Positions 15,797 through 28,560 of a stretch of 64,000 nt of DNA are shown here, in pieces. The stretch is from contig NC_059438.1 of assembly GCF_021028975.2 (NCBI RefSeq), positions 25,296,001 to 25,360,000 on the forward strand, in the 5' to 3' direction. The translations under genes and the position numbers were made by a program. Position 1 is the stretch's first letter. Each line of letters begins with the position of its first letter. This DNA is from Sphaerodactylus townsendi (lineage: Eukaryota). The notes beneath the pieces were generated by a model, which searched no databases, was not told where the DNA came from, and was given only the letters and a program-made list of their open reading frames with translations.

Positions 15797-18700
15797 ATGG
15801 GGGAGTTCGAGGTGCACCGCGTGCGGCTCTTCGCCTTCCTGCCCGCCGGGGTCCGCTGCCTGTCCGCGAACCCCCCCGCTCGCCTGGCCGCCGGACACCT
15901 GGACGGCTCCGTCAAGATATACAACCTGCAGGCCAACAGCTTCCAGGAGAAGGTGGGGGCTGCTCCCGCCAGGACCCCCCCCCCTTCCCCGCACCACTGG
16001 GGCCACCCTCAGTGGGGCTCACCCTCAGTGGGGAAGATGGTGCCCACGTCGGCAGTCAGCGGATCAGCAGCATGGGGGTGATCCAGGGGTGCCCTGGAAG
16101 AGAAGGGTGGCCCTGCCATCCCACACGGAAGCCCCTGGGTCATTTCCCCGGCTGGCCCATGTGTGGCCGTCCCAGCTGCCCACAGGGGAGACTTGTCCCC
16201 ACAGCAGCATGCCCCTTTGGGGCCCTCCCCTCTTCCCCCTTTCCCCCATCTGCTCCTCTTCCTCCCCAGGTGATCGCAGGCCACGAGACGAGGATCCCCG
16301 AGGCTCTCTGCTGGGCTGGAGGAGACCGGCTCTTTGGCGTAGGCCTCAGCGGAGAGATAGTCGAATATGACTTGGAAAAGCTGCGTGTCAGATATGCACT
16401 CGACGCCTTCGGAGGCCCCCTCTGGAGCATGGCGACTGACCCGACCGGGTCTCAATTAGCAGTAAGTGCCTCAAGGGTTGCAGCACTTGGAAACTCTGTC
16501 CCTCCTCATGGGCAAGAGAGGTGCCACCTTAGCAGGGTGGGGAGCGTCCACTGTTTGCCCTCCGCTGGGTGTTCTGCAGGTGACTGTGAGAAGGCAGGAC
16601 AAACCAAGCTCCAGGCCCTGCTAGAGGCGGAGAAATCTGAACAGGTAGCTGATTTACTTTCTGTTTCTTGCAGGTTGGATGTGAGGATGGGTCCATTAAG
16701 CTCTTCTGCATCTTACCTGAAAAAATCCAGTTTGAGAGGAGCTTGGACAGGCAAAAAGGTTGTGTGTTATGGGGGAGAGTTGTCAGCTTGAGTACTGGAG
16801 GGAGAAAGGGCCCTTAAGAATGTCAGGAGAGCCCTGCTGGGCGGGGCTGATGGCCACCTTTGCCACAGTGGCCAGCCAGTTTCCCTCCCCCCCCTCCACT
16901 ATACACTAAGGGCTACGGAGGCCCAAACTGCCTCCTGTTACTGCCTCATAGGAATAGGTACCTGCGAAACCCTGCCTTGAGTCATGGAGATTCCATTTAG
17001 TCTGCAGACCTTTCTCCTGAGACTCTCTTCTTACTCCGCAGGCCGCATCCTGTCCCTCTTCTGGCACCCATCTGGGGCCAGGATTGCTGCTGGCTCCATC
17101 GACTTCATCCGTGTCTTTGATGTCAAATCAGGTGAGTCCAAGCCCTGAAAGGCCAGAGGTTGGCATGCCTTGATAGTTGTCCAGAGACGTGGGGTGGGGG
17201 AGGAGAACTGCTGTGGATCACACTGGTGGGTTTTCCCCACAGTCTGCGAACAGAGCCTAGAGACCACACCTCCTTTTTGGTTCAGTGTGACCTTTAACAC
17301 CTGCAGATGGCAATTCTGGACTGTGCGGGCAGATGTCCAACTGGAATAGCAAGGGTAATTAAAGTTGGCATTCTGGGCAGCTGCATTGTAGCCCTGCACT
17401 TTCTGCTTTAGCAACTGACCAGAATCCACGCAGGAGTATTTTTGCTGAGCCCTTCGCAGGCCCCCCAAAGATTGCTTCAGATGATGGGGCATTTCTGGTT
17501 GCCAGTGGCCTTTGGATAGGTCATGTCAGCGAGCCACTTATCCTTTTGCCTCCCTCTATAAAGGGCCTTCTGGCGTAGAGCTGGTTATGTTGGTGTGCAC
17601 AAAGACCAAAGGTTTGGGTGCCAGGTAGATCCTTTGCTTCTTTCCTGTCTGGTCCTGGGAATCCATGTTGCTTTCTTGTTTGTAGGCCACGCAGTCCAAC
17701 GGCTTCTTGTGGACAGACACCTGACAGGCTCCCATACCCGGGAGTGCATAGTGTGGAGCGTGGCCTTCCTTTCGGATGGCACCATTGTCAGTGCGGATTC
17801 TTCCGGGAAGGTGCAGTTCTGGGATTCGGAGATGGGGACGCTTCTCCAGACGTCTGTTGTCAGCAGCTCAGCTGTGCTGTCCTTGGCTGCGTCCGAGGTA
17901 GGGGGCTTGAGTAGTCCAGGCTTTTGCATGGTGGGGTGGGGGGGATACAATGAACTCAGATAAGGAAGGAAAACAAAATGAATGCCTGATACGTTACGTG
18001 GGAGAATCAAAAGTCAGGACTGTATATTGATAGGTTTATCGTTCATGAGCCGTTCCACAAACCAGTGAAATAGTCAGGTAAGGGATGGGGAAGACAATTC
18101 TCCTGCAAGGTAGAACTGCCTACTACCCAGTAAATCTATGGAGCCCGACTGCAGGGGGTGCTCTCTGCCCAGCCAAGAGTGTGTGTGGGGGAGCCCCTCC
18201 CCTCCAGCTGGACTCATGGTCACGGGAGTCTTGGGTTAAGGGCCAGCCCAGGTGCCTGTGCAGCAGAGGGGTGGAGAGGGCCTGCGGTGGGAGAGCATGC
18301 TCCTCTTTGGTGGAGAGCCGACGAAGGACGACGCGAGACGCTTGTTGGGGCAGCTGCAGGCAACCCGATGATGGGCCTTCACTCTGGCCCCACAGGACGC
18401 TCTGTGTGGGGGGGCGGGCAACTTGAATAGAAAACTGGATGTGTTTCCTAACTTACCCCATGTCTCCTTGCTGCTGTAGGCAGAAGACAGCATTGTTGTT
18501 GGCACATCAGAGGGGTCTGTGTACCAGTTCCAGCTGCTTCCGGTGAAGGCAGGCAGTGCCGTGCGCCAGTGGGTGCGGACGAAGCCATTCCAGCACCACA
18601 CGCATGACGTGAGGGCTGTGGTGCATATGGCTACAGCACTCATCTCTGGAGGTAGAGCGCTGGGTGGATCTTTCTTTGCCTGCTTCGGTGGGGGGTGTGT

Positions 18701-21700
18701 GTGTGTGTCTCGTCTGCTGTGCCATGACCTGGTCTGACATCCAGCTGCCTTCTGCTCTTTCCCCTGCTGCTGCTGCAGGACTGGACGGGCAGCTGGTGAT
18801 CCGGCCACTGATGGAGAAGGTGGAGTCACGGAGCTATGAGGCCGCTGTTCGGAAAGTCACCTTCCCTCACGTGAGTCACCGGGCTGCAGCACCGCAGCCC
18901 CTTGGAGCACAAGTTGTCCTGGTCTCCTCCCCATCACTCCCCCCCCCCCAAGAAGGCTGCAGATGCATCTCGTGCCAGGGAAGGTCAGCCTCCCCCCCCT
19001 CACCATGCTGTGCCATTCTCTCCTTTCAGAGGTGCCTCGTTTCTTGTGCCAGGAAAGCCCGTCTCCTCCTTTTCCAGCACCCACAACACCTGGAGCTGTG
19101 GAAACTGGGCGCCACCAGAGCTGTGGGTGAGAGCCAAGGGCGCAGTCCAGGGCCTTGTGCTCACGTGCTTGGGTGGCACAGTTGGGGATTGCCAGGCAGG
19201 GGCAGAAAGGATTTGGATGCCCTCTGACCCCTGGGCATGTTCTGCTCCTGAGCCCCCAGCCTCGAGGCCTGGCTTGATGGGTCCAGCACCTGCTCTTCTT
19301 TTTTGTTTCAGGGGGAGACGGGGAAACCTTGCCTGTGTCCAGCCCCCCTGAGCACCTGCTGCAGCTCAAGAACAAGGTGAGGAGACTTCCTGGGAGGGCA
19401 CAGGTGGCTGCCTGGGCAGTGAGCAAACGAAAACGTGTCCCTTCTGGAGTGCCAGACTCCTCACGTTCCCTGCTGTAGTCTGTAGAAGTCCCAATGAAAG
19501 AGACTTTGTGAAGTCTCCTATAGTTTTCCGCAGGCCTGCCGCTGTGAAGGTGTTGGGCCTGGGGATGAGGCAATGAAGGGGACAACGGTGTGAACCCCCG
19601 GTTTTCTTGCCAGGGCCCTGAGCACCTCCGCAGCAGCTGCATCTCGCCCTGCGGCACCTGGATCGCCTACTCCACGGCTTCCCGGCTGTGTCTGTACCGG
19701 GTCCAACTGGCTGGGGAGCGCCTCGCTCTGCAGAAGGTGAGTGGAGGGCAGCGGGAGGGGGGCTTCTGGAGCCAGGAGGCAGGGAGGATGACCCTGTGAC
19801 CCTGCCCGGTCTCCCCAAAGATTCCCAAGCTGCCAAAGGTGGCCTGCGCAGCTCAGCAGCTCCTGTTCTCGGCGGACTCTACTCGGCTCTTTGTGGCGTC
19901 GGATCGGGGCTCTGTGCACGTTCTCAAGCTCTTGCAGTCGGGGGCCTGGAAGCACCTGCACACCCTCCAGCCCAGCTCAGGTAAAAACGCCCTTTTCTCT
20001 TCTGGTTAAGTGCTGTCAAGTTGCTTCTTGGTTATGGGGTGACTTTGTGAGTCAAAGGCCTTCAAAACCCCCCCCCCCCCCCCCCCCCCCCCGTTGCTCA
20101 GCTCTTGCAAACTGATTGCCGTGGGGTCCCTTATCAAGTCCCTTTCATGTTGGGCCTTCCTCTTCCTGCCGCCTTCCAATTTTCCTTGCACTGTTTGCCC
20201 ACGAGCGTTGTCTTCTCAGGAAATGACAGAAGCTCAGTAGCCTCAATTTAGACCCCATCTCCAGTTTACTACTGGCCACTGGCCATGCTGGAAGGGGCTG
20301 ATGGGAATTGTGGTTTGGCCGAGACCTTTGGCGCACTCCAGATGTTATGGACTACAATTCCCATCCAGCCCCTGCCAGCGTAGCCAATTGGCCATGCATG
20401 GAAGAGCTGATAGAGTAACAATCCTGCTGGAAGTCTGCCACCAAGTGCGTTGTAGACGTTTCAGCTTCTTTGAAGGGTTTAGGCTTGATTTGACCTAGAG
20501 CCAACTTATTGATACTTTTGGTGGTTGTAAAACTCTCCTCCATCACCTCATTTCAAAGGAACCAACTTTCTTCCAGTCACCTTTCCTCGTTTTCTGACTT
20601 GCACACTCACACATAGTAGTGGGGAACGCCCTGGTATTAATTAACTTGGACACCAGTGACACATCCTTACACTTGAGGGTCGTTTCTAGCTCCTTCCTGG
20701 CTTCCCTGGCCAGTCGCAATCTCCTTCTGGTTTGCTGGCAACCCTTTCCAAGAGTGGAGCTAATTCCCTCCCCCCCCCCCTTCCCCCCGGATGGCCTGGC
20801 TCTAGGGCTTTGCTCTCTATGGAAGTTTCATTTTTGGCTGTTGTTTCTCTCCCTTCTGCCCCCTGTCAGAATCCACAGAAGCGGCTCTCCTGCTGGCGGT
20901 GAGTGCTGACGGCAGCTGGCTGGCTGTTGCTAGTGGAAGCGGGCAAGTCAGTGTCTTCGACCTGCAAAAGGCCAAGGTGAGGAAGGGGATCCTGCTTGCT
21001 ATGCCCATGGCTCTGCTAGCCAGCAGCCAAGGGGGGTCTGCCCAGCACCCGTGCTCTGGAACCCCTCGAGTCTCTGAAACTGGGTCCGGCAGAAGCTGGT
21101 GGGAGGGAGCAGGTCCAGCCCAGGCCAGCCAGCTCTTCCTCTGCTCTGAACAGCATCTCTCCTTTCTCCTCCAGCCTCACTGTGTCGTGCCTGCGTACAG
21201 CTGCCCGGTGACTGCCCTGGCCATTCACCCGGTGACCAACAGTCTTGTTGTGGCCCATTCGGACCAGCAGGTGAGGCCGTCTCGTCTCTTGGTGTGCTGG
21301 AGGGGAAGGTCTCTATGCAGAGACTTCTTGCTGTTCTTCTGATGTGCCCAAGAGGCGGGGGGTGGGGGTGGTTGGGAAAGCTCATCATGTAGGCCTGGCA
21401 TGATCTTTCAAATCCCAGGCGGAGGACAGCCCTGGAAAGCTCTTTCCCCTCGGTGCTGTTTCCGCCTTTCTTCGAACGACCGGCTGCAGCTCACGTGCTA
21501 GAATTCAGTGTTCTGAGCCATTCCCACTTCTGCCCGAGTCACGACGGCCTCTTTGGCGCGACCAGCTGAGCAGAGCGGAGCCCCCTCCCTCTTTTCCAGG
21601 TGTTTGAGTTCAGCATCCCGGAAAAGGCGTACACCCCCTGGAGCCGGAAGGTGCAGCAGCAGGGGCTCCACCGGGACTGGCTGGAGCGGGATACGCCCAT

Positions 21701-23044
21701 CACCCACATTGCCTTCCACCCTCAGCGGGCCGATCAGATCCTGCTCCACGACACGCACATGTTCTGCCTCCTGGACAAGGCCCTGGTGGGTGCTGAGGAG
21801 CGGGCGGGGGGGGGGAGGGGTTTGCCTGCCCTGCCAGAGGCTGCAGGCCTCCCCTGTCTGCCCCACGAGCCGCTCTCTGCTCCCCTCCGGCACTGCTTCT
21901 AGGCAGGGGACACAAGGCTGCCGGGGGTGGTGGTGGGGGGAGGGGCGAGAGCGAGGCCTTTCCTGCCCCTGCAGTGTCTCAGGCCAGACTTTCAAGGCCA
22001 AGAGACCTTGACGAGGGAGTCTGTGACTCTTAATGCTCAGGAACACGGACTCCCCTGTGCTTCGGGAGGGGCTGTGGTTCAGTGGCAAAGCGCCTGCTTG
22101 GCGTGCAGAAGGCCCTGGGTTCAATCCCCAGCTTCAGCAGTTGCAAGGCCTGCGGAAGAAGAGTTTGGATTTATATCCCCCCTTTCTCTCCTGCAGAAGA
22201 CTCAAAGGGGCTGACAATCTCCTTTCCTTTTCCCCCTCACAACAAACACCCTGTGAGGTGGGTGGGGCTGAGAGAGCTCCAAGAAGCTGTGACTAGCCCA
22301 AGGTCACCCAGCTGGCGTGTGTGGGAGTGCTCAGGCTAATCTGAATTCCCTAGAGAAGCCTCCACAGCTCAGGCGGCAGAGCTGGGAATCAAACCCGGTT
22401 CCTCCAGATTAGATACACGAGCTTTTAACCTCCTACGCCACTGCAGAGGGGGCAATGTGAAGGACCCCAGTTGGGGACCCCGGGAAGCCGCTGCCAGTCA
22501 GTGTTGACTTTGGGGGGGGGGTCCAGGGTCTGATTCAGTGTGAGGCGACGTCATGTGTTGTAACTGCGCGGAAATGGTTTCCTCCAGCCGCTGCCAGAGG
22601 ACACAGCCGTCTTGTGCAACCAGCCGTCACTGAAGCAGCTGTCCCAGACTGCCCGACGCAGTAGCGCCCACGCCTTCAAGATCTGCAAGAAATATCAGGT
22701 GAGCACATTTGCAGCGCAAGGAGAGCGCGGGATCTGGGCGGGCCCAGGGGGACTCTGGGTGTGCACTTCAGGCTGACCAGAAGCTTCCATCAGCCTGGCT
22801 GGCAACTTAACTGGGTGGAGTTGCCAGCAGCCCTGGGGAGCCACCTTGAGCCCAGCCTTGTGAGGCCATGCCAGCTTTGGCCCGTCCTTTTTGAACCAAA
22901 CTGCTTGCTTCTCCCTCGCTCCCCCAGCCCTTGCTGTTTGTGGATCTGCTGGATGAGAAGTCATTGGTGGTGGTAGAGCGGCCCGTAATGCACATCAAAG
23001 CCCAGCTGCCCCCACCGGTCTTCCAGAAGAAGTTTGGCACGTAA
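15797..23044 (+). CDS. UTP4: U3 snoRNA-associated protein 4 homolog (cirhin; WD40 SSU-processome factor, 686 aa)
   Basis: Kozak GCCGCCATGG. 16 coding exons: 15797-15952, 16270-16461, 16674-16758, 17042-17131, 17686-17897, 18480-18651, 18779-18870, 19030-19126, 19312-19376, 19614-19736, 19821-19980, 20870-20976, 21175-21270, 21600-21785, 22588-22698, 22928-23044. Total 2061 nt, open frame, from MGEFEVHRVRLF to LPPPVFQKKFGT*. Confidence 0.96.
22066..22135 (+). mobile_element. tRNA-derived SINE head
   Basis: GGGGCTGTGGTTCAGTGG...GGTTCAATCCCC with pol III A/B boxes, but no intact anticodon or acceptor stem. Confidence 0.6.
22156..22445 (-). mobile_element. Young CORE SINE (Squam3-like) in a UTP4 intron
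   Basis: Near-identical to the copies at 46851, 52735, 57993 and 59780. (CTT)n tail and tRNA head. Confidence 0.85.
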
Positions 23045-23865
23045 AGGAACCTCCTGGTCACAGGAGTTGCGTGGCATGAGGGTGGTCTGTACCACAGAAC
23101 TGCAGCCATCTGCCTCTCAGCCTTCCTGGTTGCAGGAAACCAGGGCAGCCGTCTCCTGGGTGGGCTGAAACCCGAAGTAGGCGAAGCCGGCTGTCCTCTG
23201 AGCCTGGGTCCAGCTCCCCGGCCTCTTCCCTCACCTCTGTCTGCTTCCTTCCCCTGATGAGTCTCAAACGCTGGAGACTTGGTTGTGACCCCACAATCGA
23301 GGCTGGCAAGAAAACTTCCTGCTGTCCATGACTGACAGGCGCCAAAACCTTGGCCTCTGGAGGGCCCGGGCCCCTGGGCGAAGATTGCAGCGGCTGTCCT
23401 GGGCAGAAGTTGTGTGCTGAGGGGCCAGCCAGCTTCCACACACAGCCTTCCAGCGCTCCCCGGGATCTGCTCGCAGGCTGGTCTTGGCCTCCCGCAATGG
23501 AAGGGGGTGCTCGCTCCTCACCCAAAACTGCTGTTCTCCGTTCCTCTGGAAGCCACGCTTCAAAATAACAAAAACCAACTTCTGGTGGGACAGGAGATTT
23601 GCAGGGGCAGGATGAAAAGAAACTGGCAAAATGGCTAGAGCACCTTTGTGGGAGCTGAGGTGATCAAGACGGAAGTCCAACCGGGACAATTGGGCGGAAT
23701 CTTGAACATGTGGGCCGCCGTCCAGCTGTGAGCCCCGCCCCATTAATTGCCATTCTTTTTGGGCCGGCTTAGAATGTATTTCTAAGGCTACTGTGAAAGT
23801 AATGCCACTTCTCTTACTGTTTTGAACTTTTTGAGCCCTACATTTTAAAATGTAACATTTTCAAA

Positions 23866-23871
23866 ATTAAA
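23866..23871 (+). terminator. Probable UTP4 polyadenylation signal ATTAAA
   Basis: ATTAAA in an AT-rich segment ~820 nt after the stop, followed by a GT/T-rich downstream element. Confidence 0.55.
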
Positions 23872-24275
23872 AAAAAATCAAAGTCCTTAAGGGGAGAAAA
23901 GTATCACCATTGTTCAGTTTTGGATGTTTTTATTTAATGATAAAAATACGTTTCTGATGATTTGCAGAATCAAATATAGTTAGACAGCGTCTTTTACTGG
24001 AAATCTGCTCACTCCCAGCTTCCCTGGTGTCAGTCAGAGCTGTGGCCAATTCACAGGCTGAAGCTGTCCCTGGCCAAGGGGGGAGCGCTGACTGGACTTT
24101 GGCATCAGTGGCCAGTCTGAAATTGTTGGGGCTGCAGCATGGGATGCGAGTCCTGGTTTCTGGGCCTACTCATGCGGTCTAGACGGCCCTCCTGGAGCCG
24201 TGGGAGCTGCCTGCTTTTGCTCAGTGGGAAGGGAACGTGCCGTCACGTTCCAGGACTGGTCCCTTTGTTCTAGGG

Positions 24276-24665
24276 CAGAGGTAGGGAACCTTTAACACTC
24301 AAAGAGCCATTTGGACCAGTTTTCCATGGGAAAAGAAAACACTTGGAGCCGCAAATAATTTTTGACATTTAAAATAAAGATAACACTGTACATATTGGGT
24401 TTTTTTACCTTTTACTCCGCTCATTCTGAGAAGCGCATGGATGCGTCCACCCTGCTGCCTGCAGGGCGGGCAAGGATGGGGCCAGCGGCTCGGCCTCGCC
24501 GGCCACCGGGAAAGCGCCCGCCCCGCTCCAACAGGGCAGGCGAGAGGGGAAGCCTGCAGCGCGGCCCAGCCGGCAAGAATGAGGCCAGCGGCTCTGCTCG
24601 TGGAGCTGCAGTGCAAGAGCAAAAGAGCCGCATGCGGCTCTCGAGCCGCAGGTTCCCTACCCCTG
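24276..24665. mobile_element. hAT (Charlie-type) MITE
   Basis: TIRs CAGAGGTAGGGAACCT / AGGTTCCCTACCCCTG and a perfect 8-bp TSD TTCTAGGG (24268-24275, 24666-24673). Confidence 0.9.
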
Positions 24666-25639
24666 TTCTAGGGGGTTGTTGGTCTGCAGCAGAAGAGCTG
24701 GACTCCAGTCCAGGAGCACATCAAAAGACCCACAAGGTTTGGGGGGCGGGGGGTGCTTTTGAGAGTCAGAGCTCCCTTCCCGGAAACTGCTGTAGCTCCT
24801 CCGTAAGGTACTCCTGGACCCTGCCACCGGACACACATTTCACCCTTATGTTCTGACCAAGTAGCTCCTTTGTGGCTGGGCAGGAGACCAGTGGTCTGCG
24901 GGTCAGTCACAGAGGGGGACCGGACAGCTCTTTCTGTAGCTGATGGCCTTTCGGGCTCCTGGGCAGTGGAGGGTTGCTTAAGGAAGATGTCCTCGGAGGC
25001 CAGGGTCACTGCCGCTTACATCTGCCACTCGTGTTAAAAATAGCCGTCCTCTGCCCGGGGATCAGCAGCAAAACCCCGTCTGCACACAGGCCGAGGTGGT
25101 GGCCCTCGCAGCAGGTGCAAGGCCTTGCCTCCCCTTCCGGGGGCCTGCAGCCCAATTGGCGTGGGGGGAGGGGGGCAGGGCTGATGGGGATCTTGTAGGA
25201 ACTCCTGCGCTGCTATCAGCAGAGGAGCAAGTTGGACATTTGCAGAGGAACGCAGCTTGTGAAGAGATGGGTGCTTTTGTGAACTGGACTGTGTGTGTTC
25301 ATCTTTTGGACCACCCCTGCCCAGTGCAGGCTCATGTTATCCCCACACTGGTGCCCAGGTCTTGGTGGCAGCACAGCAGACGTGGCCCAGTATGCCTCTT
25401 GCGTGGACTGACAGATGGTGCCCTCATCAGCTGTGGGGCACTCCAGAGACCCTGCCAGGCCTGACTTAGTGCTGCTGGAGAGGGGTGCTTTTGGCCCTGT
25501 TAGGGATCCTGAAATGGGGGGGGGGGGGTTGTCAGCCGCTGGGGCGGGCCTTGTCTGCTGGGGTTCTGGTGGGGGCCCTGGGAGGACGGCCTCAGTGGGC
25601 CCGCCCGCCCGGCGCAAATCGGTGGTCTTGGGGAGGGGG

Positions 25640-27564
25640 CAGTGGCGTTCCTACCTAGGGACAGGGGGTACCCTATGTCCCCGGGCGGCCCCCATTTGGT
25701 CACATGGGGGGCGCCAACATTTCAGGGTCGTTTGTGTGTTTTTAAATTTTTAAGTGTTTTTTCACGTTCTGGCCTGCAGGGGGCGCATTTTTAAGGCTAG
25801 CGGCACCACAATTTCAGGGTACCATCCAGAGACTGTCCTGATGATACCACCCAAATTTGGTGATGTTTGGTTCAGGGGAAGCAAAGTTATGGACCTCCAA
25901 AGGGGGTGCCCCATCCCCATTGTTTTCAATGGGAGCTAATCTGAGATGGGGGCTACCCATTTGAGGGACCATAACTTTGGTCCCCCTGAACATAACTTCA
26001 CCAAACTTGGGTGGAATCATAAGAATAGTTACCAGATGATACCCTGAAAATTTGGTGTCACTAGCTTTAAAATACACCCCTTCCAGGCACCCCAAGAAAT
26101 TTGCCCAAGATTCTTTGTTTTGCAGTGACTTTGCTCCATTGTAGCCAATGGGGAATTTCTGAGTGTGTAGGCAGGCTGCACATTTTTGAAGATAGAGGCA
26201 CCAGACTTTCCAGGGTGGCTCAAGGAGGGCCTCCTGGTAATAGCATCCAGGTTTGGAGACCTTTGGTTCTGGGGGTTCAATTTTATGGGTCCCCAAAAGG
26301 CTTATTTTGTTTTCCCGCTCCTGCACATGAAAGCCTGTGGGCTGAGTTCTCTCAGAACTCTCTCAACTCCCCCCCACCTCCAGAAGCAAAGCTCACCAAG
26401 CTTGTATGCTGTTACTCAAGGCCTCTTGGAGCCACCTTGAAAGTCTAGTGCCTCTATCTTCAAAAATGTGTAACCTACCTCAGAAATTCCTAGAGTGGCT
26501 GATAGAGCAAAATCACTACAAAACTAAGAATCTTGGGCAAATTTCTTGGGGTCCCTGGAAAGGGATGTATTTTTAAAGCTAGTGACACCAAAATTTCAGG
26601 GTATCATCTGTTAACTATTCTTATGATTCCACCCAAGTTTGGTGAAGTTATGTTCAGGGGGACCAAACTTATGGTCCCTCAAATGGGTAGCCCCCATCTC
26701 AGGTTAGCTCCCATTGAAAACAATGGGGATGGGGGCATTCCATTTGGGCGTCCATAAATTTGCTGCCCCTGAACCAAACATAGCTGAACTCGGGTGGTAT
26801 CATCAGGGCAGTCTCTGGATGATGCCCTGAAATCATGGTGCCGCTAGCTTTAAAAATGCGCTCCCTAGAGACCGAAAAAACACCAAAAATACTCCCCCCC
26901 CCCCCAAGCCCAAATACCTTGCATTTGCATTTGTTCATATTTGGGAAGGACATAATCAGACAATTTTTGTCCGAATGTGCCCAAATTTGCCCAGATTCCA
27001 GCCGAATCTGCTAGTTGTTTCATCTGAATCTCCAACCCTCAAAAGTGATGCTGTTTCTGGGTGGGGGAGAATCCACCCCCAAACAGCATCACTTTCAATT
27101 TTGTATTAACTGGGGACACCAGATTCTCCCTTTAAGGTAGATTTAAAAGAAGAATCTGAGCTCCCTAGTTTAAACACCATTGAAAGTGATGCTGTTTGGG
27201 GGTGGATTCCACTGGAGGTGTTTTGTGAGAGATGATGCTGACATTTGTTTGGTAAATGTTTTGCTGGGGGTGATTTGTGAGAGATTTACATGCTTAATAC
27301 CCACTTGCACTGGCTTGGAGTTGTTTCTCAGGCTAACAACCTACCTCATAGGGTTGTTGTGATTACGAAATTAGGAAAAGAGTTGGTGGGGAGAGAGCCA
27401 TGTGTGTTTTGCTGGGAGTGGGAGGTGTTTTGTGAGCTGGTACAAAAAATCATTGTCTGGTCATGGTGGGGGAGGGTGGCTGCCCATATGCCGGGCGGGG
27501 GGGGGGGGGGGGCGCCAAACTCAGGTTTTGTCCCCGGGCGCCAGTTTGCCTCGGTACGCCCCTC
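25640..27564. mobile_element. Composite non-autonomous hAT-like element containing a ~1.1-kb internal fold-back
   Basis: Ends CAGTGGCGT / ACGCCCCT with a 7/8 TSD (GGAGGGGG vs CGAGGGGG). Internal inverted arms ~25783-26233 / ~26420-26861. Internal modules are shared with 52475-53335 and 57540-58390. Confidence 0.75.
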
Positions 27565-28560
27565 CGAGGGGGTCCTCCAGTCTGGCTGGCTCTGTGAAGG
27601 GGGCGGGGCCTCTCGGGGGGGGGGGGGCAACCGGCGAGGCTGCGCTGGCGCTTGCCGGCAGGGGGCGCTCCCGCTTGCCGGCAGGCGGGGCCGGGAGCCG
27701 CGTGGCAGCCAATGGGAGGCGCGGGGCGGGGGCCGTCGGGGCGGGCAGGCAGGCGGGGGTCGGCCGGCCGGCCGGTGGGTTGGCGGCGGGGCCGGGCGGC
27801 GGCGGCGGCGGGGATGGCGGTGTGGACGCGCGCGGGCAAGGCGGGCGGCGTGGAGGTGCTGGTGGGCGAGCGGTGGGTGCGGGCGCGGGCCGAGCTGAGC
27901 GGGGAGGCGCTGACGCTGCTCTCGGAGCCGCCCCACGACGGGCTGCCCAACGGCGGCGGGGCTGAGCGCGGCCGGGGGGCGGCGGGAGGGAGCCCCGCGG
28001 GGCGCATCCGGGAGCCGCCCGCCTCGCCCCCGCTGTCGGCCTGCGCGTCGCCGTGGGGAGGGCCGTCGGCGGGCCGGGCGGGCTGCGGGGCCGGGCCGGG
28101 GTCTCCTCCTCCTCCTCCTGCCGGGGGGGTGCGGCGGGTGCGGGTGGTGAAGGCGGAGGCGGGCGGGCTGGGGCTGAGCATCAAGGGCGGCCGCGAGAAC
28201 CGCATGCCCGTCCTCATCTCGCGCATCTTCCCGGGGCTGGCGGCCGAGCGCTGCGGGGCCCTCCGCCTGGGCGACGCCATCCTCTCCGTCAACGGCGTCG
28301 ACCTCCGCGACGCCACCCACGACCAGGCCGTGCAGGCGCTCAAGCGGGCCGGCAGGGAGGTCCTCCTCGAAGGTAGGCCGGCGCTCGGAGGCACGCCCGG
28401 GGGGACGGGGACGGGGAAGGGGTTTTCCCTGCAGGGGCGGACGCCGGGCTTGGGGCGTCCCGGGCGGGGGGAGGGACTCCATGGGATCGGAGCAAGGCCT
28501 GGGTGGGTGTGCGCGCCAGGAGCACCGGGCAAAACAGGTCGCGCTAACTAAGGCTGTGGC
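27565..28560. promoter_or_regulatory. SNTB2 CpG-island promoter
   Basis: CpG-dense, with GC boxes (GGGCGGGG near 27601 and 27723) and a CCAAT box at 27709-27713 upstream of the ATG at 27814. Confidence 0.85.

Noticed and set aside
22066-22135. tRNA gene (also 37451-37510)
   Set aside because: A/B boxes are present but the cloverleaf is broken, so these are SINE heads.
27712-27813. In-frame upstream ATG extending SNTB2 by 34 aa
   Set aside because: It overlaps the CCAAT box and is probably upstream of the TSS. The extension is low-complexity. Not excluded without CAGE.
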